13,710 bases of DNA, from positions 1 to 13,710 of the forward strand of contig JBBQYG010000107.1 in the NCBI GenBank assembly GCA_038208905.1, written 5' to 3'. A program made the translations under genes and the position numbers. The DNA is from Candidatus Sumerlaeia bacterium. Lineage in GTDB: Bacteria > Sumerlaeota > Sumerlaeia > SLMS01. The stretch's first letter is position 1. Each line of letters begins with the position of its first letter. The notes under the pieces were generated by a model, which saw only the letters and a program-made list of their open reading frames with translations, did no database searches and was not told the origin of the DNA. This document shows positions 7,472-13,710 of the stretch, one piece after another.

Positions 7472-7936
7472 ATGAGAGTCATTGAATGCACTCACGCCCG
7501 ATGGAAGAACGGCCGCCACTTCGTCACAACCAAGGAGCACCTGACATGGCGAAATCCCCACCGCAAAGGTGGGCCGAAGCCGGTGAAAGTGGGCGCCTCC
7601 GGCAAAAGCTTGGGGCAGGCCATGGCTATTCTCGGTGATCAGCTTTCGGAAGAATCGCGGACAAACACTGGCCGCGAGGTATTCATCATTTCGGTCAGAA
7701 ATCCGACCGGCGCCGCGTGGAGAATGATGATTTCTGGTTATCCGAATGATGACTCCATCGCGGCGAAAGTCGAGTCCCTGCTGTCCCTGCTTGAGGCCGC
7801 AGAAGAGGAACCACGAGACACGGCACGCATCCTCGATGCCTGTTCGCAGGTGCGAAATTTTTGGCTACTGGGGTCGAAGAGTAAAACAACGGAAGAGGAC
7901 ATAGTAAGCACTCCGAGGAAATCGCTTCGCGACTGA
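7472..7936 (+). CDS. Hypothetical protein (154 aa), no recognisable family
   Basis: ATG preceded by AAAGGA. It is the longest ORF in a visibly lower-GC stretch and does not overlap the flanking genes. Confidence 0.55.
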   Translation: MRVIECTHARWKNGRHFVTTKEHLTWRNPHRKGGPKPVKVGASGKSLGQAMAILGDQLSEESRTNTGREVFIISVRNPTGAAWRMMISGYPNDDSIAAKVESLLSLLEAAEEEPRDTARILDACSQVRNFWLLGSKSKTTEEDIVSTPRKSLRD

Positions 7937-7979
7937 TTGGGCATCTTCGGTTTTGTCACGGCCGATCCGGCGCTCGTAA

Positions 7980-8176
7980 AACGACATTCACCACAGAGTG
8001 CGCGGCGAGCACGGAGACAGCCCGGAGTGGTTGTATAGATGCCTATACAGATGATCAGCAAGACGGAGGCGGGCGTGCCTTCGACTACTCTCTTCTCCTC
8101 TCACAATAAATATGAGAGCACGCTGCCTTCAGGGCCTTTCTCCGTGCGCTCCGTGGACTCCGTGGTGCATGTCGTT
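7980..8176. repeat. 197-bp inverted-repeat element (38-bp arms with 9-mer subrepeats; structured core); MITE-like or ncRNA candidate
   Basis: Arms at 7980-8017 and 8139-8176 are reverse complements at 32/38 positions. The right arm contains TCCGTGcgc/TCCGTGgac/TCCGTGgtg. Internal stems: TGTATAG/CTATACA, GGAGGC..GCGTGC/GCACGC.GCCTTC and CTCTCA/TGAGAG. Confidence 0.8.
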
Positions 8177-8383
8177 CTTGGTTCACCTCGCCCCCCGCCG
8201 GTTCACAATAGCCGGTGATGCAAATTATGAAACTGCCATAGAAGTATCAAGGGTGCCGCTGGGGGCTTTGACAGCAAGACGTGAGTCCGATGCCTTCGAA
8301 GACACACTTTTGAGATAGTCTCTCGAGCCTGGCATCGCCCTGAATGGGATTGCGCGCCAGCGCGCCTGTCGCATTTGTAGCCA

Positions 8384-9283
8384 ATGGATACGCGCCAGCG
8401 GTTGCAGCAGCGGTCGGTCATGCCCAATGGTGCTGGGCGGTTGTGGCTGGCGGCGCGTGTGACGGTGGCGGTGGGGTTTGCGGCGTTCGGGGTGCTGTCG
8501 TTCCGGTATTCGCTGCGGATCCTGAGGGCGGATGTGGTCTCGGAGACGGGCTTCCGGGCCTCCAAGCGGCCCGAGATGGCGACGGTGGCGCTGGCCGAGT
8601 TCCGCCGCGCACAGGAGATCGCGCCCCACGTTCCGCTGAACCAGTTCCGCCTGGCGAACCAGATTCTACAAGTGGAGGCCCAGCGCTACACCGGCAGGCG
8701 GGAGATCAATCTGGACAACCTCAACGAGGGGCTGGCGCTATTGAAGGCCGCCCTGCCGGGGTTCCACAAGAAGCAGTTAATCTTCCTGCGCTCCGGGGAG
8801 GTGCGCGTGATCTTTGCCGACTACTTCCGGTCGAAGGGCGACGCGGCCGGCACCCAGCAATATGCGGGGCTGGCCGCGGACGACCTGATCGCGTATCGAA
8901 ATATACAGGGGAGGCCGGAGATCGATCCGGCGATCTTCTATGGCAACGCGATCAAGTCGGCGAATCTATACGGCAGGCCCCAGCTTGCGCTGCGATTGCT
9001 GGACGACTATGTGCGGTACTTCGGCGCGGAGGCGGTGAAGGATGCCGGCCTGCTGGAATCGGCGATCACCTCGCGCCAGTTGATGGGCGAGTTCCCGTTC
9101 ATGATGGAGGAGCTGGGGACGCTGGCGCGCCTGAATCCGGAGAGCGAATGGGTCGCCAGCTTCATCGACCGCGCGGCGCGGCTCATGGGCCAGCGGGAGG
9201 CCGCGATGGGAATCCTCCGCGATCTGGAAAGGCGCGACTTGCTGAAGGGGCGGCTGGCGGCGCTGAGAGAGAATCTGAAGTAG
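8384..9283 (+). CDS. Hypothetical membrane-anchored alpha-helical (TPR-like) protein
   Basis: 299 aa with GC-rich third codon positions. N-terminal hydrophobic segment (LWLAARVTVAVGFAAFGVLSF), then TPR-like helices (ALAEFRRAQEIAP, LARLNPES). Alternative start is ATG 8420. Confidence 0.75.
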   Translation: MDTRQRLQQRSVMPNGAGRLWLAARVTVAVGFAAFGVLSFRYSLRILRADVVSETGFRASKRPEMATVALAEFRRAQEIAPHVPLNQFRLANQILQVEAQRYTGRREINLDNLNEGLALLKAALPGFHKKQLIFLRSGEVRVIFADYFRSKGDAAGTQQYAGLAADDLIAYRNIQGRPEIDPAIFYGNAIKSANLYGRPQLALRLLDDYVRYFGAEAVKDAGLLESAITSRQLMGEFPFMMEELGTLARLNPESEWVASFIDRAARLMGQREAAMGILRDLERRDLLKGRLAALRENLK

Positions 9284-9303
9284 GTTCCCAGCGCGTCGCG
9301 CAC

Positions 9304-9399
9304 CATAGTAGCATGGTGCGTCTTGCCCATGCCGGATTCAGGAAATCCTCGCGGAACCCGTAGGATGGCGTTCATGTGCAGGATGCCCACGCCACTGTG
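9304..9399. repeat. REPIN-like doublet of inverted REP-type palindromes between convergent genes
   Basis: Left unit GTAGCATGGTGCGTCTTGCCCATG (9308-9331). The right unit (9373-9395) reads GTGGCGTGGGCATCCTGCACATG on the minus strand. Each has a GTAG/GTGG 5' tetranucleotide and is self-palindromic. The spacer contains an ATCCT...AGGAT hairpin. Confidence 0.65.
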
Positions 9400-9433
9400 C
9401 TGGGCGCGCCTGTATAGACAGAGAAATGCCCGG

Positions 9434-10801
9434 TTACGAGCCGTTCGCCGCCGCGGGCGAGGCCTCGGGTGCCGGGGTGGGAGTCGCCAGCGTCGCGGTG
9501 TTGTCGAGGGCGGGATCGTCGGTGAACAGGACGCTGACAGGCATCTTGTCCTGCAACGTCTCGATGCCGCGCGTCACGATGGCGTCGCCCTCCTTGAGGC
9601 CAAACGTCACCTCCAGTGTTTCGCGCCCCGCCAGGCCGATCTCGATGGGAACCTCGCGGACCACGTAGTAGTCCATATCGTTCCCCTTCTCGGCGACGAA
9701 GACCACCTCGCGGTTGTTGCGGCGCGTGATGTATTCCTTGGCGATGGAAATGGCGTCGGGGCGGACGTCGGTGATGATGTCCACGCGACCGAACATGCCG
9801 GGGCGCAGGAGGCGCTCGGGATTCTTGACAAGCACGTCCACCTGGAATGCGCGCGTGTCCTGGTTCACCGCGCGGCTGATGCTGGCGACCTCTCCGGCAA
9901 CCACAACATCCTGGTTGGAGTAGATGGTGGCGGAGGTGCGCTGGCCCAGGCGGACGTTGTCGATATCGCGGCTGGTGACGTCGCAGCGCAGAAACACCTC
10001 GCTGGTGTCGATGATTCCGCACACGGCGAAGTCGCTGGAAACCATGCGATTCTCGAAGTCCGTGATCGTCTCGGTTCCAAACGTCGTGGAGAAAGGCTTG
10101 GTGCCGTCCAGCGTCGTGCGCGCGACGAGCAGGCCGTCGTAGGGCGCGAAAACCTCAAGGCGCTCCATGCGATCGGTCAGGGTCTTGAGGGTCGACTTGG
10201 ACTTGTCGAGGCTGATCTGGTTCTGGCGGTGGGAGTTGATGCCGCGCTCCATGGAGAGCTTGGCTGTGTCCACATCCTTGAGGGCGGCGATGCCGCGGCT
10301 ATACAAATCCTGAAGCGTCTGGTATTCGCGAATGGAAGAGTCCATGGACTTCTTGCCAATGGCGACCGACTCAGTCTGGAGCTGCACGTCGGCGCGGCCG
10401 CGATCGATTTCGCTGTCGAGGCTTTCGGAAATCACGCGCGCGACGAGGTCGCCCTTGGCGACGAAATCGCCCTCCTGCCAATCCTTGGCGAATTCGAGTC
10501 GCCCGGCTTCCTCCGTGCGGAGGAGGCGGCTGCGAAGGGGAACGATGCTGCCGGTGGTGGCGATGGAGGAATACACTTCGCCGCGGGTGACGCGCTCCGC
10601 AAGGACCGGCGTCAGGAACGGCTTGGAATCCTTCACGGTGGTGGGCTTGCCGTCCCCGCCGGCCTTGCGGCCAGCCTTTTCGGCGGCAACGGGCGGCTTA
10701 CATGAAATCGACATGGCCACGACCCCCGCGACTATTGCGGCGGCGGCACTGCGCAATGCGCGGTTTTTGAGTTGCCTCGTTACGGGGCTTGCGGCGTCCA
10801 T
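9434..10801 (-). CDS. Efflux transporter periplasmic adaptor subunit (MFP, AcrA/MacA/HlyD family), probable lipoprotein
   Basis: Start chosen at ATG 10801 behind GAGAGGA. Hydrophobic segment ending SIS-C; TTGSIVP..EEAGRL..EGDFVAKGD (lipoyl half); alpha hairpin; APYDG; VNQDTRAF; LLRPGMFGRV; GLKEGDAIVTRG. Confidence 0.92.
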   Translation of the reverse strand: MDAASPVTRQLKNRALRSAAAAIVAGVVAMSISCKPPVAAEKAGRKAGGDGKPTTVKDSKPFLTPVLAERVTRGEVYSSIATTGSIVPLRSRLLRTEEAGRLEFAKDWQEGDFVAKGDLVARVISESLDSEIDRGRADVQLQTESVAIGKKSMDSSIREYQTLQDLYSRGIAALKDVDTAKLSMERGINSHRQNQISLDKSKSTLKTLTDRMERLEVFAPYDGLLVARTTLDGTKPFSTTFGTETITDFENRMVSSDFAVCGIIDTSEVFLRCDVTSRDIDNVRLGQRTSATIYSNQDVVVAGEVASISRAVNQDTRAFQVDVLVKNPERLLRPGMFGRVDIITDVRPDAISIAKEYITRRNNREVVFVAEKGNDMDYYVVREVPIEIGLAGRETLEVTFGLKEGDAIVTRGIETLQDKMPVSVLFTDDPALDNTATLATPTPAPEASPAAANGS

Positions 10802-10854
10802 ATCCTCTCTCTTCCCACTTCCCAAGCCGAGCAGCGGGCCGCAAGGACGGTGGC

Positions 10855-10901
10855 CATTGGGGGTGGCGGAGGCAAGGAGCAAAACCTCTGCCCTCCCAAT
10901 G
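10855..10901 (+). promoter_or_regulatory. ~17-bp hairpin with a CAAGGA-containing loop in the leader of the DAACS transporter
   Basis: CATTGGGGG-t-GGCGGAGG [caaggagcaaaa] CCTCTGCC-CTCCCAATG, ending 12 nt before the GAAAGG RBS. Confidence 0.5.
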
Positions 10902-10926
10902 CCCGGTTGCACGGAAAGGTGTGCGC

Positions 10927-12216
10927 GTGAAGCTCTTCAGCGAGAAAACCCTGACGGCGGCGATCATCGGCGGCATCGTTCTGGGCGCCGCGCTGGGCCT
11001 TGCCGCCCAGCAAGCTGGCCCCGGCGGGCTCCAGAACCTTGTGAATAACATTTCGATCCTGGGCGACGTGTTCCTGGCGGCGCTCAAGATGGTGGTGGTC
11101 CCGTTGGTGCTCTTCTCGGTAACGGCGGGGGTTGCCAATTTGGGCGGTGGGAACGAGGTGGGTCGCCGCCTGTTCAAGACGCTCGGCTTCTTCCTGATGA
11201 CCAGTTTTCTGGCGGTGCTGGTGGGGATGGTTTACACCAACGTGATCGCCCCGGGTCGCGGCAAGGATACCTCGGCGATTATGGCCCAGATCCCCGCCGC
11301 CGCGATGGAGAGCGCCCGTAACCAGCAGGGCAAGATCGCCCTGGAGGCCCCCGAGGACTTGCAGTCGTTCATCCGCGTGCAGGTGGGCAACTTGCTGATG
11401 AATCCGTTCAAGTCGCTGGCGGAAATGAACCTGATCGGCGTCGTGTTCTTCAGCCTCGTCCTGGGCTTCGCCATCATGCTCTGTGGCGAGCGGGGGGAGG
11501 CGGCGCGGCGATTCTTTTCCGCGATGAACGAGGCGCTGATGAAAATGGTGGGCGGCGTGATCTGGCTGGCGCCGCTGGGAATTTTCGCCCTCACGTCCAA
11601 GCTGCTCATGAATCTTGGGCCCGACGTGATTCGCCCGCTGTCGCTGTACTTTCTTACCGTGGTTCTTGGGCTCGGCACCCACCTCTTCGTGGTGTATCCG
11701 CTGATCCTCCTGACGCTCTGCAAGTTCAGCCCGCTGCACTTCTTCAATGGCATGAAGGAGGCGATCCTGTTCGCGATTTCCACGAGTTCCTCCAGCGCCA
11801 CACTCCCCGTCACGATGCGCTGCGTGGAGGATCACCTGGGTGTGGACGCGAAGTCGGCGAACTTCGTGCTGCCGATGGGTTCCACGGTCAACATGGACGG
11901 CACGGCGCTGTATGAGGCGGCGGCGGTGATGTTCATCGCCCAGATGCTGGGGATGCCGCTAGACATCACACAGCAGTTCATCGTCTTTTTCACCGCCACT
12001 CTGGCGGCGATCGGCGCCGCCGGAATTCCCCAGGCGGGCCTTGTAACAATGGTCGTGGTCTTCAACGCGCTGAAGATTCCGCTGGAATTCATGGCGCTGA
12101 TCATCGTGGTGGATCGGCCGCTGGATCACATGCGAACCGTGGTCAATATCTGCGGCGACGCCGTCGGGGCCATCTTCCTCTCCCACAGCGAGGGAGAATT
12201 GAATCGTACCCGATAA
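10927..12216 (+). CDS. Dicarboxylate/amino acid:cation symporter (DAACS; GltP/GltT/GltPh-like), probably Na+-coupled Asp/Glu uptake
   Basis: GTG 10927 lies 7 nt after GAAAGG. Motifs: LKMVVVPLV, STSSSSATLP, LPMGSTVNMDGTALY, IGAAGIPQAG, DRPLDHMRTVVNICGD. TM8 Asp/Arg/Thr/Asn residues typical of acidic amino-acid transporters are present. Confidence 0.95.
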   Translation: MKLFSEKTLTAAIIGGIVLGAALGLAAQQAGPGGLQNLVNNISILGDVFLAALKMVVVPLVLFSVTAGVANLGGGNEVGRRLFKTLGFFLMTSFLAVLVGMVYTNVIAPGRGKDTSAIMAQIPAAAMESARNQQGKIALEAPEDLQSFIRVQVGNLLMNPFKSLAEMNLIGVVFFSLVLGFAIMLCGERGEAARRFFSAMNEALMKMVGGVIWLAPLGIFALTSKLLMNLGPDVIRPLSLYFLTVVLGLGTHLFVVYPLILLTLCKFSPLHFFNGMKEAILFAISTSSSSATLPVTMRCVEDHLGVDAKSANFVLPMGSTVNMDGTALYEAAAVMFIAQMLGMPLDITQQFIVFFTATLAAIGAAGIPQAGLVTMVVVFNALKIPLEFMALIIVVDRPLDHMRTVVNICGDAVGAIFLSHSEGELNRTR

Positions 12217-12236
12217 GCATCGAAAGGAATTTCCAG

Positions 12237-13710
12237 ATGAAAAAGGCCGTCCTTGCAAGCTGCCTCGCAGCGCTCGCCTCCGCGGTACTCGCGGCGCCAA
12301 CCCCGGTTCCTCAGGCGACGATCAACGACATCGTGCTGGAGCGCGTCTTTCCCCGCGTGACGTTCAACAACCCGATCATGCTGCTGGAGGCACCCGACAA
12401 TACCGGGCGCCTTTTTGTGGTGGAAAAGCGCGGCGTCATTCGCGTCTTCCCCAAGGGCGACGACCCCGCGCCGGGGGACGTGACGACCTATCTGGATATT
12501 TCCGCGGGCGTGACTGGCACCGGAGAGCAGGGCCTTCTGGGCCTTGCCTTCGATCCCGACTTCGCGACCAACGGCGAGTTCTGGGTGTACTATAGCAGCA
12601 ACGTGACGACTTCGCCCGCCTCGACTTCGCGCGTTTCCCGCTTCACGGCAACGCCGCCGAACGCAGCGAGCGTTTCCACCTCGACGGAGCGAATCCTGTT
12701 TTCCCTCGCCCAGCCCTTTAACAACCACAACGGCGGAATGATCGAGATGGGGCCGGACGGAATGTTGTACGTCGCGATTGGGGATGGCGGCTCCGCAAAC
12801 GACCCCGGCAATCGCGCCCAGGACACGACGAATCTGTTCGGCAATATCCTGCGCCTTGACGTGCGCGGCAAGGGAACGCAGGGATCGGCCTATACGATCC
12901 CAGCGGACAATCCCTTCGTCGCCGGCGGGCCCGCGGGGGTGAACACGCGGCCCGAGATCTACGCCTATGGCCTGCGCAATCCCTATCGCTTCAGCCACGA
13001 CGCCCAGCGCGGATTCCTGATCGCGGCGGACGTGGGGCAGGACGCCTTCGAGGAGATCGACGATATCGTCTCCGGCGGGAACTATGGCTGGAGAATCCGC
13101 GAGGGCGACATCTGCCGCCCGGGAGGCTCCGCCACCTGCCAGAGCGCCGGCCTGCTGCCGCCGTTCCTCACCTATGCCCACAGCAACGGCAACGGGTCCA
13201 TCATAGGCGGCTACGTCTATTACGGCCAGAAGGCGCCGGGCCTTCGCGGAGCGTATCTGTTCAGCGATTCCGTCTCCAGCCGCATCTTCGTGACGAGCTA
13301 CGATGGAACCGGCTCCTCGGGATTGCAGATCCTGAAGAACGCCACCCCGGGCCTGCTGCCCATCGCGTGGGGCGTCGATGGCGACGGCGAGGTGTATATC
13401 GGCGACTTGAACAGCGCGGGGGAGTTCTATACCTTCCGCCAGCAGAATCCCCCAACCCCCACGGCGACGCCAACAGCCACGCCATCGCCAACCGCAACGG
13501 ATTCGCCCACTGCCACCGCGTCGGCAACGCCAACCGAATCCCCGACGGCGACTGCAACTGCGACGCCGGAACCAACACCCAGCGCGACCGCGATCCCGCC
13601 GAGCCCCACGGCGACGGCCACGCCGCAGTTCACCTCGACGCCGGTTTTCCAGGACGTGATCCAGATACTAACGAGCCAGCCGGTCGGGTCGGACAAGAAC
13701 GGCGATTCGC
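12237..13710 (+). CDS. Secreted PQQ-dependent glucose/sorbosone dehydrogenase family protein (beta-propeller) with Pro/Thr linker; runs off the window end
   Basis: Absent from the ORF track because it has no stop in the window. ATG 12237 follows AAAGGA. Signal peptide MKKAVLASCLAALASAVLA, then GRLFVVEKRG, GEQGLLGLAFDP, NHNGG, GPDGMLYVAIGDGG, IPADNPF, EIYAYGLRNPYRFS, DVGQDAFEEID, GGNYGW and SIIGGYVY. Confidence 0.93.
   Translation, partial: MKKAVLASCLAALASAVLAAPTPVPQATINDIVLERVFPRVTFNNPIMLLEAPDNTGRLFVVEKRGVIRVFPKGDDPAPGDVTTYLDISAGVTGTGEQGLLGLAFDPDFATNGEFWVYYSSNVTTSPASTSRVSRFTATPPNAASVSTSTERILFSLAQPFNNHNGGMIEMGPDGMLYVAIGDGGSANDPGNRAQDTTNLFGNILRLDVRGKGTQGSAYTIPADNPFVAGGPAGVNTRPEIYAYGLRNPYRFSHDAQRGFLIAADVGQDAFEEIDDIVSGGNYGWRIREGDICRPGGSATCQSAGLLPPFLTYAHSNGNGSIIGGYVYYGQKAPGLRGAYLFSDSVSSRIFVTSYDGTGSSGLQILKNATPGLLPIAWGVDGDGEVYIGDLNSAGEFYTFRQQNPPTPTATPTATPSPTATDSPTATASATPTESPTATATATPEPTPSATAIPPSPTATATPQFTSTPVFQDVIQILTSQPVGSDKNGDS
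13449..13643 (+). repeat. Pro/Thr/Ala/Ser low-complexity linker (PTPTATPTATPSPTATDSPTAT...) inside the dehydrogenase CDS
   Basis: In-frame translation of 13449-13643 gives about 65 aa of PT/AT repeats with varied synonymous codons. Confidence 0.9.

Noticed and set aside
8268..8296. TTGACA as the -35 of a promoter for the 8384 gene
   Set aside because: There is no convincing -10 hexamer at 16-18 nt spacing (TGCCTT at 17 nt).
8112..8318. 68-aa plus-strand ORF
   Set aside because: It starts inside the inverted-repeat element and runs through its right arm. It has no clear RBS and no recognisable motif.
10802..10926. Upstream extensions of the adaptor (ATG 10912) and symporter (ATG 10789) ORFs
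   Set aside because: The extensions would overlap each other head-to-head. RBS-supported starts at 10801 (-) and 10927 (+) give normal N-termini.
13449..13643. Repeat-like DNA as a CRISPR array or VNTR
   Set aside because: It is an in-frame Pro/Thr linker with varied codons. There is no repeat-spacer structure and no cas gene in the window.

Overview
GC-rich DNA from a diderm (LPS-producing) bacterium, mostly housekeeping and envelope genes. From left to right: (1) a 5'-truncated DUF455-like ferritin-fold gene; (2) a minus-strand pheT - hypothetical - lpxK operon with no pheS; (3) a DUF3313/DUF4410-like lipoprotein; (4) an OmpA/MotB-domain lipoprotein with a long coiled coil; (5) a lower-GC accessory stretch holding one orphan ORF; (6) a membrane-anchored helical-repeat protein; (7) a stand-alone efflux periplasmic adaptor; (8) a DAACS (GltP/GltPh-type) symporter; (9) a 3'-truncated secreted PQQ-dependent glucose/sorbosone dehydrogenase with a Pro/Thr linker, which the ORF track misses. 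The most interesting signals are intergenic. They include a ~197-bp element with 38-bp inverted arms made of 9-mer repeats around a multi-hairpin core (7980-8176), a REPIN-like GTAG/GTGG palindrome doublet (9304-9399), a frameshifted zinc-ribbon relic followed by a different 9-mer triplet (4806-4985), a GGA/G-tract-rich purine array (7201-7370), and a hairpin leader with three GCANGGA motifs upstream of the symporter (10841-10919). All family assignments come from motif recognition by eye; no database searches were run.
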